64,000 nucleotides of DNA from Candidatus Scybalomonas excrementigallinarum (GTDB taxonomy: Bacteria > Bacillota > Clostridia > Lachnospirales > Lachnospiraceae). The notes beneath the pieces are model-generated. The model was not told where the DNA came from. It was given only the letters and a program-made list of their open reading frames with translations, and made no database searches. The translations under genes and the position numbers were made by a program. The stretch spans positions 3,142 through 67,141 of the forward strand of contig DVIZ01000074.1 in NCBI GenBank assembly GCA_018710905.1, in the 5' to 3' direction. Shown piece by piece: positions 19,047 to 29,458 of this stretch (position 1 is the first letter of the stretch; each line of letters begins with the position of its first letter).

Positions 19047-20447
19047 TTATTGTTCTTTTATTCCTTTTTGCTGTTGTACCCATTCTAATAGTTGTTTTGT
19101 CTTTGAAAAATCTTCCCCTTCTTCTGCCTTGCTTAATGCCATCGTAATATAGCGTTCTGCCTGTTCATAATCAATCGGAAGACCAATTCCTTTTGCATAA
19201 CACTCCCCAACGGCAATTAATCCATCAAAATCCCCATCTTCCGCAGCAGAAATATAATATTGGGTAGCTTTTTCTAAGTCTTCTTCTACCCCTTTTCCCG
19301 TCCGATATAAATTTCCAAGCAATGTCTTCGCATTAATATCTCCAGCTTCAATTGCGCTTTTATAATATTCCACTGCCTTCTTTAAGTTTTGATCGGTACC
19401 ATATCCATTTTCATAACAAACGCCTAAATATCTCTTTGCCCGCTTTTCCCCTTGCATGGCAGACCTTTGAAACCATGAAAATGCCTTTGCTTCATCTTCC
19501 TCTACGCCTTCGCCATAGAGAAATTTAATTCCTAACACCGTTTGTGCTCTTGGGTAACCTTGTTTTGCAGATTCTTCTGTCCAATAAAGAGATTGTTCAT
19601 CACTTTGTTGAACCCCGATTCCATGTTCATAGCACCTTGCTAACTGTAACTGTCCTTCTGGATATCCTTGTTCCGCCGATTTACGATACCAATAACTTGC
19701 CCGCTCTAAATGGTTTAACATTCCTTGAGACTCTTTTGCAAATCCCCTGCCATCTTCATACATCTCTCCTAATGAGATTTGTGCATAGGGATCTTCTCTT
19801 TTGGCAGCTTCATAATAAAGATTCACAGCTTCTGCATCATTTTGTTTTACTCCCCATCCAGCGCGATAACAGCGAGCTAATTCAATCATGGCAGGCACAT
19901 ATCCCACTTCTGCTGCTTCCATAAAATAAGAAACTGCCTTTTTATGATCTTGTTTTATGAATCCATAAAGATAACATCGTCCCAGATAATAAGCCGCTCT
20001 TGCCGATTCTTTTTCATAGGCCTTCTCATACAATGCAACTGCCTTTTCCATATCTTTTTCTACGCCTTGTCCCGTTTCATAAGAGTATCCAAGATTGCAA
20101 GCAGCAACGACATTTCCCATTTCAACCGCTTGTTCCATAAGCCAAAGAGCTTGTTTTTTATCAACTTTTGTTCCATATCCATTTTCATAGCACCATGCGA
20201 GATTGCAAATCCCTGTTGGATCGCCACCTTCTGCAGACTTTTTAAAATAGTAAAAGATTCTTTCTTTTTCTACAGAACCTTCTTTTTGCCCAAGGCAATA
20301 AATACCCATATCTGCCCATTGCCCTGGAGTAATGTCATCTTCTTCTACTTCTTCAAACTCTGTGCTACCACATTCTGGACAAACGATCGGCTTTTCTTCT
20401 TGCTCTGTTAAATAATAACATAACTTTCCTTTGCATTTATAAAACAT
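19047..20447 (-). CDS. zinc-ribbon plus Sel1-like (TPR-family) repeat protein
   Basis: The N-terminus has C..C...CPEC. It is followed by about 10 repeats of the A..WY.KAAEQG...A...LG.CYE.G.GV type. Confidence 0.75.
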   Translation of the reverse strand: MFYKCKGKLCYYLTEQEEKPIVCPECGSTEFEEVEEDDITPGQWADMGIYCLGQKEGSVEKERIFYYFKKSAEGGDPTGICNLAWCYENGYGTKVDKKQALWLMEQAVEMGNVVAACNLGYSYETGQGVEKDMEKAVALYEKAYEKESARAAYYLGRCYLYGFIKQDHKKAVSYFMEAAEVGYVPAMIELARCYRAGWGVKQNDAEAVNLYYEAAKREDPYAQISLGEMYEDGRGFAKESQGMLNHLERASYWYRKSAEQGYPEGQLQLARCYEHGIGVQQSDEQSLYWTEESAKQGYPRAQTVLGIKFLYGEGVEEDEAKAFSWFQRSAMQGEKRAKRYLGVCYENGYGTDQNLKKAVEYYKSAIEAGDINAKTLLGNLYRTGKGVEEDLEKATQYYISAAEDGDFDGLIAVGECYAKGIGLPIDYEQAERYITMALSKAEEGEDFSKTKQLLEWVQQQKGIKEQ

Positions 20448-20496
20448 TTCTTTCCCCTTTCTTTCCTGTCAACCAATAGGAAATAGGTTTTCTCTC

Positions 20497-21354
20497 TTAG
20501 CAAGCAATTCGATAAAATTGCATAACATATTGTTTTTCTTTTAAAAAATTCCATATGGCGTAATAGTCCCGCAGTAAAGAAATTTCCCCTTGCCGATATC
20601 TTCTTGCTAAATCGCCTTCTGCTTGCCATCCACCTTCTACTCTCGCTACTTGTTCCAATGATACATTCGCAATCTGTCCTGTTTTCAAAAGCATTTCTAG
20701 CTGTCTACACTTTTCTTCTTCTTTTTTATCCGTTCCAAAAACAGCATATTCGTATCCAACGATGGCTCTTTTACAGTGAGAAAACATCCATTGGTTTAAT
20801 TTTTCTACTGCTTGCTGATTCAGCCATGAAAAAGCTTTTTGCATCACTTCTCTCTCAGCCTTACCATATGGTTCTCTTTTTAAATAAAAAAGACTTGCTA
20901 ATGTGGCATTGAGTTGACTATATAACCCTATGTTTACAATAAAATCCACTTTTTTATCTGGTAACGACTGGCTCATAGCTTTTTTTGCCTGTTCTTGTAA
21001 AAAGGTGAGTAAATCCGATATTTCACAACTACTTTCTAGTTTTTGTTCTAATAATTCTTCTGAAATATCCCAAACATTTGTAGAAATCATTTCGACTCGA
21101 TCCTTTGGAATACGATAATAGGCAATGGCTTCCTCCATAGCTTCTTTTTCTTTATCAACTAAAAGAAACTTCTCCACATAAGGAAGCAATTCCTGTAAAT
21201 CAATATCACTACAGCTACCAGCGCCTAAAATAAGGACCGTATCTCCAATTTCTATTTCTTCCATCAGCATTTTTGTTACAAAAGAACGATATTCCCTCCA
21301 TCGCTCTTTTGCATCTACAATTTTTGTGCTTTTTCTCAATTGTTCTACTAACAT
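20497..21354 (-). CDS. hypothetical protein with class I SAM-methyltransferase-like glycine motif
   Basis: VLILGAGSCSD resembles motif I, and the later acidic residue LLVDKE resembles motif II. The track N-terminal extension runs into the rlmB terminator, so ATG at 21354 is preferred. Confidence 0.45.
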   Translation of the reverse strand: MLVEQLRKSTKIVDAKERWREYRSFVTKMLMEEIEIGDTVLILGAGSCSDIDLQELLPYVEKFLLVDKEKEAMEEAIAYYRIPKDRVEMISTNVWDISEELLEQKLESSCEISDLLTFLQEQAKKAMSQSLPDKKVDFIVNIGLYSQLNATLASLFYLKREPYGKAEREVMQKAFSWLNQQAVEKLNQWMFSHCKRAIVGYEYAVFGTDKKEEEKCRQLEMLLKTGQIANVSLEQVARVEGGWQAEGDLARRYRQGEISLLRDYYAIWNFLKEKQYVMQFYRIAC

Positions 21355-21369
21355 TTTCTTCTTATTGAA

Positions 21370-21397
21370 ATAAAAAACACGCAAAGCGTGTTTTTTA
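21370..21397 (-). terminator. intrinsic terminator after rlmB
   Basis: AAAAAACACGC-AAA-GCGTGTTTTTT. Confidence 0.75.
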
Positions 21398-22141
21398 TCA
21401 TCCTTTCATTCTCTGTCTTACAATTTCATAAGCAAGAACACCTGCAGCCACAGAAGCGTTTAAAGAATCGATATCTCCCTTCATTGGAATCGATGTAATA
21501 TAATCGCATTTTTCTTTTACTAAACGGCTAACACCACTGCCTTCATTTCCAATGACAAGTCCGATTGGCCCTGTTAAATTTGTGTTATACATCACTTCAC
21601 CGCCCATATCGGCACATACAAACCAAAGCCCTCTGTTCTTTAACTCTTCAATTGTTTTTGATAAATTTGTTACCTTTGCTACTGGTGTATAATTTAAAGC
21701 ACCAGCAGATGTCTTTGCAACCGTTGCTGTTAAACCAACTGCACGGCGTTTTGGAATAATAACCCCATGAGCTCCTGCTAAATTAGCAGTACGAATAATC
21801 GCCCCTAAATTATGAGGGTCTTCAATTTCATCTAACAGAAATAAAAATGGTGGTTCTCCTTTTTGCTCTGCTAATGCGAACATATCTTCAATATCCGCAT
21901 ATTCATACGCCGCTGCCTGTGCAATTACCCCTTGATGTTTCCCTGTTGTAGACATTTGATCCAAACGTTCCTTGGCTACAAATTGGAGTAAACTGCCTTG
22001 TTTTTTTGCCTCTCTCACAATCGTTCTCACAGGACCGTCTTGACAGCCGTCTAGCACATATAATTTATCAATTGTCTTTCCAGAACGAAATGCTTCTAAC
22101 ACCGCATTTCTTCCTTCAATTGTATATTCTTCGTATCTCAT
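21398..22141 (-). CDS. rlmB: 23S rRNA (guanosine-2'-O)-methyltransferase RlmB (SpoU/TrmH family)
   Basis: SpoU motifs (LDEIEDPHNLGAIIRTA, LVIGNEGSGVS, SLNASVA). Position downstream of cysS-mrnC matches Bacillus. Confidence 0.85.
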   Translation of the reverse strand: MRYEEYTIEGRNAVLEAFRSGKTIDKLYVLDGCQDGPVRTIVREAKKQGSLLQFVAKERLDQMSTTGKHQGVIAQAAAYEYADIEDMFALAEQKGEPPFLFLLDEIEDPHNLGAIIRTANLAGAHGVIIPKRRAVGLTATVAKTSAGALNYTPVAKVTNLSKTIEELKNRGLWFVCADMGGEVMYNTNLTGPIGLVIGNEGSGVSRLVKEKCDYITSIPMKGDIDSLNASVAAGVLAYEIVRQRMKG

Positions 22142-22183
22142 ATTTTTACCCTTTCTTGGTCTCTTCACTTTTTCTGATTGCCA

Positions 22184-22666
22184 TTATTGCTCAAATAATC
22201 CAATATGCAATAACTCCATCAGTCGTTTCCAATCATTTTTTAAATATAAATATCCAACAAGGGCTTCAAAACCAGTTGCCATTCGATAATCAATGATGGA
22301 CGCATTTTTGGCAGATGTATAAGACTTGGCATTTCTTCCACGCTTATATACCGCCTCTTCTTCTTCCGTTAAATAAGGCTCTAACTTTATAATCATCTTC
22401 GCCTGTGATTCTGCCTTTACATAACTACTCGCTTTTTTATGATACTTATTCACTTGCTGATTTGCCCTTGATACAATCATAGTGCGAATAATAATCTCAT
22501 ATACAGCATCCCCCATATAGGCAAGGGCTAGAGGAGAATAGGTTTTCGCATCTACTTTTTTTACTTCTAGTTGCTTTAACATTTCCTCCATCACAGACAA
22601 GGCTTCCATTCCCTGTTGCCCCTCTTTTTTATTTTCTTCTACAGGGTTATTTAAGCGCGTTTCCAT
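22184..22666 (-). CDS. mrnC: Mini-ribonuclease 3
   Basis: [15 protein letters not shown] RNase III-like signature. The start is uncertain and an alternative ATG lies at 22609. Confidence 0.8.
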   Translation of the reverse strand: METRLNNPVEENKKEGQQGMEALSVMEEMLKQLEVKKVDAKTYSPLALAYMGDAVYEIIIRTMIVSRANQQVNKYHKKASSYVKAESQAKMIIKLEPYLTEEEEAVYKRGRNAKSYTSAKNASIIDYRMATGFEALVGYLYLKNDWKRLMELLHIGLFEQ

Positions 22667-24045
22667 TTTACACCTTCTCTTGTATCCTCTAATATAATTC
22701 CTTTTGCTAATAATTCATCACGAATTTCATCTGCTCTTGCAAAATTCTTTTCTTTTCTCGCCATTTGACGTTCTTCAATTAATGCTTCAATATCACTATC
22801 TAAAATTTCTTCTTTTTTCTCTGTAATAATTCCAAGGATATCGCATAATTTTGTCATAGTAGCAAGTAATTCCTTGGCATATTCTTTACTTCCATGAGCT
22901 ACTGTAATATTCGCAAGTTTTACAATTTCAAAAATAGCAGAAATAGCATCTGCTGTGTTGAAATCATCTTCCATCGCTGCCTCATATTTTTTCACAAGCT
23001 CGTTTACTTGTTCTAAATTTTTCTTATCTTCTTCTGCTAAAGCAGTTTCTGGAAGTTTTTCTGCTTTTTCACGAACGAGATCCACAGAAGTTAAAATTCT
23101 TTCTAATCCATTTTTTGCAGATTCCACTAATCCATCGCTAAAGTTCAATGGACTTCTATAATGAGCACTTAACATAAAGAAACGAATGACTTGTAATGGA
23201 TATTTTTCTCCAATTTCTCGCACAGTAAAGAAGTTCCCTGCTGATTTTGACATTTTTTTATTGTCAATATTTAAAAATGCATTGTGCATCCAATATTTCG
23301 CAAATTGAACACCATTGCAACATTCACTCTGAGCAATTTCATTTTCATGATGTGGGAATACAAGATCTTCTCCACCTGCATGTATATCGATTTCTTCCCC
23401 AATGTATTTTTTGGACATAACCGAACATTCAATATGCCATCCTGGACGCCCTTCTCCCCATGGAGATTGCCATGCTGGTTCTCCTTCTTTCTTCGGTTTC
23501 CAAAGAACGAAATCCATAGAATCTTCTTTTGCTTCTTCTACTGCAATTCGGATTCCCGCTGTTAAATCATCTAAATTTTTCTTAGATAATTTCCCGTACT
23601 CTTCAAATTTACGAGTGCGGAAATATACTGTTCCATCCACTTCATAAGCATATCCTTTTTCAATTAATGTCTGAATCATTTGAATCATGCCATCAATTTC
23701 CTCGGTCGCCTTTGGATTCATTGTAGCGGGTTTAATATTTAAAGCCTCCATATCTTTTTTACATTCTGAAATATAACGCTCGGCAATTTCAGATGCAGAT
23801 ACCCCTTCTTCATTGGCTTTTTTAATAATTTTATCATCTACATCAGTGAAGTTGGAAACATAATTCACTTCATAACCTTTATATTCTAAATAACGTCTTA
23901 CGGTATCAAATACAATCATCGGACGTGCATTTCCAATATGAATATAATTGTAAACAGTTGGTCCACATACATACATACCAACCTTTCCTTCATGAATTGG
24001 AACAAATTCTTCTTTTTTTTGAGATAATGTGTTATAAATCTTCAC
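22651..24045 (-). CDS. cysS: cysteine--tRNA ligase
   Basis: HIGN motif (YIHIGNARP), KMSKS (KKMSKSAGN) and Zn-binding Cys/His residues. Confidence 0.95.
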   Translation of the reverse strand: MKIYNTLSQKKEEFVPIHEGKVGMYVCGPTVYNYIHIGNARPMIVFDTVRRYLEYKGYEVNYVSNFTDVDDKIIKKANEEGVSASEIAERYISECKKDMEALNIKPATMNPKATEEIDGMIQMIQTLIEKGYAYEVDGTVYFRTRKFEEYGKLSKKNLDDLTAGIRIAVEEAKEDSMDFVLWKPKKEGEPAWQSPWGEGRPGWHIECSVMSKKYIGEEIDIHAGGEDLVFPHHENEIAQSECCNGVQFAKYWMHNAFLNIDNKKMSKSAGNFFTVREIGEKYPLQVIRFFMLSAHYRSPLNFSDGLVESAKNGLERILTSVDLVREKAEKLPETALAEEDKKNLEQVNELVKKYEAAMEDDFNTADAISAIFEIVKLANITVAHGSKEYAKELLATMTKLCDILGIITEKKEEILDSDIEALIEERQMARKEKNFARADEIRDELLAKGIILEDTREGVKWKRA

Positions 24046-24059
24046 AATAAAACCTCCTA

Positions 24060-24398
24060 TTTATCTATTATATAAAAAACAACGATGAAAAGTGCTCTCT
24101 GCAAACTTTTCACGTAAATGATAAGGCAGGCTCATCTCTAAAGAGACGAGTCTGCCCGTGGTTCCACTCTTTTTTAAAGAAGATTACTCTTCTTCCTTCT
24201 AGGCCTATAACGCTGACAAGCGTATCAAGTTACTCTTTGTTCACTTGATCTGCTCACGGACGCACTTCTTATTATCTTCCATCAAAAATGTTTTCAGCCA
24301 ACGACATTTTTTCTCTGTTACTTCCAATAATATTACTTTTCCGATCTTCGCATTTTCTTACTTCTTATAAGTCTATTGAATTTTATCTCTTTTGTCAA
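24060..24398 (-). promoter_or_regulatory. T-box riboswitch leader (Cys specifier UGC) with promoter TTGACA-17-TAGACT
   Basis: The minus strand shows an AGAGA box, a specifier region ...AAGAAGUGCG..., an AGAGUA distal motif and the T-box sequence AAAAAGAGUGGAACCACGGG (24155-24170). These are followed by hairpin 24125-24156 and a second hairpin plus U-tract at 24075-24111. Confidence 0.8.
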
Positions 24399-24439
24399 CT
24401 CCAACTTTTTATAATGCGTAAGAAACTTTTCAAATAATG

Positions 24440-25654
24440 TTATACAATCTCACTGAGATAAATTTTGGACATTGGAATCCATCCATTTCCTTTCCATGCT
24501 TCTTGTGTTTCCTTATATTTTGGGTATCCAAATAAAATCTCTGTTAATTCTGCTATAGTCAATTTTCCATCTATCGTTTCTCCAACCGAAGGCTCTAAAA
24601 TTTTCTCTACTTTGGAAGAGTTTTGATTCACATTCAAACGATAGATCCCACTATTTTCTTCTAACAAAGAGTCCTCTAATTCTAACACGATTTCCTGCTC
24701 TTTTTCACTTCTAATAAACGAAAGCATTTTTTCTATATCCAAAATACGAAACATTATCGATGGCACCTGTTGGATATTAGAAAAATTTTCTTTCTCATGA
24801 AACCAATCAAGATACAACTTCATTTTCACGCCTGTTTTCCATTGCTTCCATGACTTTATCACCTTCATTGGCTCTTCTTTTGTGACGAGTTCATAAAAAA
24901 TCATCGTATCTTGATCCATGGCATAAGCGGCATATCCACAGATTTCATTTTTTTTCTTTATAACCAAAAGAGAACCATGTTCTGCTTCTAGCTCTTTTTG
25001 ACGCTGTTCAAAGTAGGACTCTGTTCGGATCGATGCAATTTGAAATTGTTCCCAAAACTTCTTGCAAAAGGAAAGCAATTGTTGTACTCCCCCCTCAATT
25101 TCATTATAAGGAATCCATTGATACCCTTCTTCTTCTTCTACAACCTCTCTACCATTTTCCTCTTTTTCTAACACGCATAAATAGCGATCATAGACAAAAC
25201 GAAAATCAAACGGCGTATAATATGCCTCTTTTGCTGGCATCAAAAAGGTAAATGGCTTTCCTTCTTTTCTCATCTGCTTCATTACGGCTTGAAGCATCTG
25301 ACTCATAATTCCTTGACGTCTTAACTCTTTATCAACAGCCACACCGACAATATAATCTAGTGCTAACGTATCTTCTTGTATTTTGATTTCATACGGATTT
25401 AAATGAATCATGCCACAAAGCATTTCTTCTTCCTGTTCTTCTTCTATACTTTGACTTTTTAGCATTTCTTCTTTTGCCCATACCGTATAAACACGATTTT
25501 TTGGATACATCTCTTCATAATAATAATTTGCAAACAATTGTGGATCTTCAAAAATTTTTTGCCACATAGTTGCAATTGGTTTTTTCCACTTTTTCTTATT
25601 ATCCCACCGTGATTCTAATACATATTTTGAAAGTTCTTTCTCGCTTTGTTTCAT
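24440..25654 (-). CDS. GNAT family N-acetyltransferase, Eis-like three-domain architecture
   Basis: Acetyl-CoA motif VDKELRRQGIMSQML. The 404-aa length and C-terminal extension fit the Eis/SCP2-type family. Confidence 0.6.
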   Translation of the reverse strand: MKQSEKELSKYVLESRWDNKKKWKKPIATMWQKIFEDPQLFANYYYEEMYPKNRVYTVWAKEEMLKSQSIEEEQEEEMLCGMIHLNPYEIKIQEDTLALDYIVGVAVDKELRRQGIMSQMLQAVMKQMRKEGKPFTFLMPAKEAYYTPFDFRFVYDRYLCVLEKEENGREVVEEEEGYQWIPYNEIEGGVQQLLSFCKKFWEQFQIASIRTESYFEQRQKELEAEHGSLLVIKKKNEICGYAAYAMDQDTMIFYELVTKEEPMKVIKSWKQWKTGVKMKLYLDWFHEKENFSNIQQVPSIMFRILDIEKMLSFIRSEKEQEIVLELEDSLLEENSGIYRLNVNQNSSKVEKILEPSVGETIDGKLTIAELTEILFGYPKYKETQEAWKGNGWIPMSKIYLSEIV

Positions 25655-25669
25655 CTCTACACGCTCCTT

Positions 25670-26209
25670 TTATCGACAACCACCGCAGCAACCGCCACAC
25701 CCTGTGCTCTTTGGAGCTTCCTCATACATATAATTTTCTACCGTTGTCAAAAGACAAATGGCTTGTGCTGAAATTCCTAACCCTTCTCCTGTAAATCCAA
25801 GCCCTTCTTCTGTTGTTGCCTTTACACTTACTCTTCCAACTGAAATCTTTAATGCTTTTGCAATATTTTCTCTCATCTCTTCTTTGTATGGTGCTAACTT
25901 TGGAAGCTGTGCAATAACTGTAGCATCGATATTTTCAATATAATATAAATTTTCTTCTAATAACTTTCCAACTTGTAAAAGAAGTTCTAAGCTATTAGCC
26001 CCTTTATAGCTTGGATCCGTATCTGGAAATAGCTTTCCAATGTCACCAAGAGCTGCTGCCCCAAGCAAAGCATCCATAATAGCATGGATTAATACATCCG
26101 CATCCGAATGCCCTAAAAGCCCCTTCTCATAAGGGATTTTCACTCCTCCAATGATACAATCTCTTCCCTCTACTAATTTATGGACATCATATCCCATTCC
26201 TATTCTCAC
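25670..26209 (-). CDS. ispF: 2-C-methyl-D-erythritol 2,4-cyclodiphosphate synthase with Cys/Gly-rich C-terminal tail
   Basis: [15 protein letters not shown] and the TTEE.LGF.G motif. GTG start lies 8 nt after AGGAGG. An extra tail of about 20 aa ends ...[12 protein letters not shown]. Confidence 0.9.
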   Translation of the reverse strand: MRIGMGYDVHKLVEGRDCIIGGVKIPYEKGLLGHSDADVLIHAIMDALLGAAALGDIGKLFPDTDPSYKGANSLELLLQVGKLLEENLYYIENIDATVIAQLPKLAPYKEEMRENIAKALKISVGRVSVKATTEEGLGFTGEGLGISAQAICLLTTVENYMYEEAPKSTGCGGCCGGCR

Positions 26210-26404
26210 GATTTTTCTACCTCCTATATTAAAATACGATTCTTTCTACTTCCTTATTCCTACCGTTCTTATCTATCACAATTATTATTTTTTCGTTTTT
26301 CATTTCTTCTATTCGCTACTTGATCCGTTGTCTTCGCGCAAATGAAACCATCTTGTTATAAGATACCGTATTTTATAGGGAAATGCAAGGTAGAAAGTGA
26401 GATA

Positions 26405-26438
26405 GAAAAAACCTCCCTGTTATAACAAGGAGGTTTTT
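26405..26438 (-). terminator. intrinsic terminator after the tRNA-Val/tRNA-Met unit
   Basis: AAAAAACCTCCCTG-TTATAA-CAAGGAGGTTTTT. Confidence 0.75.
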
Positions 26439-26498
26439 GTAAATTGTGAAAACTAAAACTCTTTTAACTCATTTTCAAGGAAAATGGGCATAAAAAAA

Positions 26499-26572
26499 TA
26501 GCGGAAGGGAGATTCGAACTCTCGACACTACGGGTATGAACCGTATGCTCTAGCCAACTGAGCTATTCCGCC
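26499..26572 (-). tRNA. tRNA-Met (anticodon CAU; elongator-like)
   Basis: Hand-folded cloverleaf with anticodon arm TACGG-TTCATAC-CCGTA and a GTTCGAATC T loop. A lysidine-modified Ile2 identity cannot be excluded from sequence alone. Confidence 0.8.
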
Positions 26573-26597
26573 ATAAATGATTTAAATAGTTAAGAAA

Positions 26598-26670
26598 TGG
26601 GACCTACAGGGCTCGAACCTGTGACCCTCTGCTTGTAAGGCAGATGCTCTCCCAGCTGAGCTAAGATCCC
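26598..26670 (-). tRNA. tRNA-Val (anticodon UAC)
   Basis: Hand-folded cloverleaf: acceptor GGGATCT/AGGTCCC, anticodon arm TCTGC-CTTACAA-GCAGA. Confidence 0.9.
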
Positions 26671-26690
26671 ATGTCCTTAAGACGTTTTTT

Positions 26691-26719
26691 AGTATATCCT
26701 TTTTTTCGATAAAAGTCAA
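26691..26719 (-). promoter_or_regulatory. promoter for the tRNA-Val/tRNA-Met unit (TTGACT-17-TATACT)
   Basis: Hexamers with a 17-nt spacer lie about 20 nt upstream of the tRNA-Val 5' end. Confidence 0.6.
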
Positions 26720-26827
26720 TACCTTTTTTTAAATTTTTTTATTAATTTTAATTTTCATGAAATAACAAGAAATATATAAGGATGGCAAGCACATTTTATG
26801 CGCTTGCCATGTTTCTGAGCATTATTA

Positions 26828-27667
26828 TTAATCAATGAAAGGAAGAACGGCACCATCATAGTTTTCTTTCATAAAGGTTTGAATTTCTTCTGACTGTAAC
26901 GCTTTTATCAACGCTTTCACTTCTTCCTTATCTTCATTCCCTTCTTTTACGACAAGTACATTTTTATACGCCTGTACACTTTCAGAACCGCTGTCTTCTA
27001 TTGCTAATGCATCTTTTCCTACGTTAAGTCCTGCCCCTAATGCATAATTTCCATTAATAACTGCAATATCCACATCTTGTAAAGAGTGAGGAATTTGAGC
27101 CGCTTCTGCTTCAATAATTTTTAAATTTTTCGTATTTTCTTCAATATCATTTTTAGTAGCATTTAATCCAGCTCCTTCTTTTAACTGAATGAGCCCTTCT
27201 TGCTCTAAAAGTAATAACGCTCTTGCTTCGTTTGTTGTATCATTTGGAACGGCTACGGTTGCTCCATCTTTCAATTCATCCAGCGATTTTGTTTTCCCTG
27301 CATAAATTCCAAATGGTTCGTAATGCACACTTCCTACTGACACAAGATGTGTTTTATTTTCTTCATTAAATCCTTCTAAATAGGTAATATGCTGAAAATA
27401 ATTTGCTTCTAGATCTCCGTTGTCCACTGCAAGATTTGGCTGTACGTAATCGGTATATTCTTTGATCTCTAAGTTATATCCTTCTTCTTTTAATATCGGT
27501 TGTACTTGTTTTAAAATTTCAGCATGAGGGGATGGCGTAGCTCCTACAACAATTGTTTTTAATTCCTTTTCTGTTGTTCCCCCTTTATCTGCGGTTGTTG
27601 TGCCACACGCTGTGAACGTTGCAAGTGTTAAGGCTGTTAATGCTAATGTTAAAATTTTCTTTTTCAT
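26828..27667 (-). CDS. metQ: methionine ABC transporter substrate-binding lipoprotein (MetQ/NlpA family)
   Basis: Lipobox TFTAC and NlpA-family body (IVVGATPSPHAEIL...NY.QH..YL). Confidence 0.85.
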   Translation of the reverse strand: MKKKILTLALTALTLATFTACGTTTADKGGTTEKELKTIVVGATPSPHAEILKQVQPILKEEGYNLEIKEYTDYVQPNLAVDNGDLEANYFQHITYLEGFNEENKTHLVSVGSVHYEPFGIYAGKTKSLDELKDGATVAVPNDTTNEARALLLLEQEGLIQLKEGAGLNATKNDIEENTKNLKIIEAEAAQIPHSLQDVDIAVINGNYALGAGLNVGKDALAIEDSGSESVQAYKNVLVVKEGNEDKEEVKALIKALQSEEIQTFMKENYDGAVLPFID

Positions 27668-27783
27668 ATGATTCTCCTCTTCCTATTTTCCTTATTTTTT
27701 TTTATTATAATTTTTATTATTTTATCATTCTGTTATTACGTTATCGATTCTAGAAACGATCCGCCCTTTCCCCTCCTTTTCTC

Positions 27784-28449
27784 TTATACCATTCGTTTAT
27801 CCACTTTTTTTGATAGTTTCATAAAAATCTCTTGCAATATTTGAAATAACAAAACAATAAAAATAACATTGAGCCAAAGCATGACCTTATCATTTCGATA
27901 ATATCCATAATTAATCGCATTTGCTCCTAATCCGCCTGCTCCTATAATCCCTGCAATGGCAGAATAACTTAAAATTGTTGTTACTGATAAAGCTGCTCCA
28001 ACAAGCAAAGAAGGCTTTGCTTCTGGAAGAATCACTTTCCATATAATCTGCCAATTGGATGCCCCCATAGCTTTTGCTGCCTCAATCACACCATGGGTTA
28101 CTTCTCGTAAAGAAGACTCCACAACTCTTCCTACATAAGGCGCTGCTGAAATAGCAAGAGGAACTACCATGGCTTTATAGCCTAGGGATGTTCCTGTAAT
28201 CCCTCTTGTTATCGGTGTTACAATAACAATTAAAATCAAAAATGGTACGGAGCGAATGATATTTACGACACTGCCTAGTACAAACTGTACTTTCGGATAA
28301 GCAACCAATCCTCCTCTTTCTAATACGACTAACAATATTCCTAGTGGAATTCCAATCAAATAAGCGATGAGAGAAGAGGCAACTACCATATAAATCGACT
28401 CCCAAATTCCAGTAAAAATAATACTCCATACTTCTGAATCAAATAACAT
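27784..28449 (-). CDS. metI: methionine ABC transporter permease
   Basis: Five-TM MetI-type permease containing an EAA-like loop (IEAAKAMGAS). Confidence 0.85.
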   Translation of the reverse strand: MLFDSEVWSIIFTGIWESIYMVVASSLIAYLIGIPLGILLVVLERGGLVAYPKVQFVLGSVVNIIRSVPFLILIVIVTPITRGITGTSLGYKAMVVPLAISAAPYVGRVVESSLREVTHGVIEAAKAMGASNWQIIWKVILPEAKPSLLVGAALSVTTILSYSAIAGIIGAGGLGANAINYGYYRNDKVMLWLNVIFIVLLFQILQEIFMKLSKKVDKRMV

Positions 28450-29458
28450 CTCTTCCTACCTCCTCAAATGAAATGTAATTTGTACGCAAATGCCGAACCA
28501 TTTTTGCCACTTCCACTTCTTGATCTGGTACTTGAATTACCATCTGTCCTGTTGCTACTCCATTGATATTTTTAATCTCGGCATGCACAACACTAATAGG
28601 AACTTTACACGCCATAACCAAATTGGATAAAATCGGCTCATATGTAGAATGTCCGTCAAAAGCAATTCGAAACATTTTTCCATTATCAACGGATGCATAC
28701 TGAATGGAATCTCCTAAAAGCAATTGTCTTCCTATTGTAGATTTTGGTTCCGAAAAAATCTCTGTTACGAAGCCAACTTCTGCAATTTGACTTTTATCGA
28801 TAATAGCAACCCGATTGCAAATCGTCTCAATAACATCCATTTCATGGGTAATAATAAGAATGGTAATTCCCAATTCTTTATTGATTTGTTTTAATAATTC
28901 TAAAATGGACTTTGTTGTATTGGGATCCAGTGCGCTTGTCGCTTCGTCACATAACAATACTCTTGGATTCGTTGCCAACGCTCGAGCAATTGCCACCCTT
29001 TGTTTTTGCCCACCAGACAATTGAGAAGGATAGGCATTTTCTCTCTCTTCCAACCCAACAATTTTTAATAATTCTCTTGCTCTTTTTATGGCTTCTTCTT
29101 TTGGAACTTTCGCTAACTCCAATGGAAAACATATATTTTTTATAACACTTCTTTGTTCCATTAAATTAAACTGTTGAAAGATCATTCCCATTGATTGCCG
29201 AACGTTTCTTAACTCCTTTTTAGATAAAGTAGAAAGCGCCTTTCCTTCAAACCAGATTTCTCCTTCTGTTGGAGATTCTAGAAAATTAATACAACGAACT
29301 AACGTACTCTTTCCGGCTCCACTTAGACCGATGATTCCAAAAATCTCTCCTTTTTTTATTTCTAAATGAATGTTCTCTAATGCCGTTACTTCTCCATGTG
29401 ACGTTTTAAAACGTTTTGATAATCCATCAATTTTTATGATACTATTTTCTTCTATCAT
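28439..29458 (-). CDS. metN: methionine ABC transporter ATP-binding protein
   Basis: Walker A GLSGAGKST, LSGGQKQRV, LLCDEATSALD and a C-terminal NIL domain. ATG at 29458 follows AGGAGAGG; the track's 26-aa extension lacks an SD. Confidence 0.9.
   Translation of the reverse strand: MIEENSIIKIDGLSKRFKTSHGEVTALENIHLEIKKGEIFGIIGLSGAGKSTLVRCINFLESPTEGEIWFEGKALSTLSKKELRNVRQSMGMIFQQFNLMEQRSVIKNICFPLELAKVPKEEAIKRARELLKIVGLEERENAYPSQLSGGQKQRVAIARALATNPRVLLCDEATSALDPNTTKSILELLKQINKELGITILIITHEMDVIETICNRVAIIDKSQIAEVGFVTEIFSEPKSTIGRQLLLGDSIQYASVDNGKMFRIAFDGHSTYEPILSNLVMACKVPISVVHAEIKNINGVATGQMVIQVPDQEVEVAKMVRHLRTNYISFEEVGRDVI

Noticed and set aside
19544-20411. Two plus-strand ORFs (126 and 155 aa) antisense to the Sel1-repeat gene
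   Set aside because: They are fully nested antisense to a repeat-structured CDS, have low-complexity hydrophobic composition and lack an SD.
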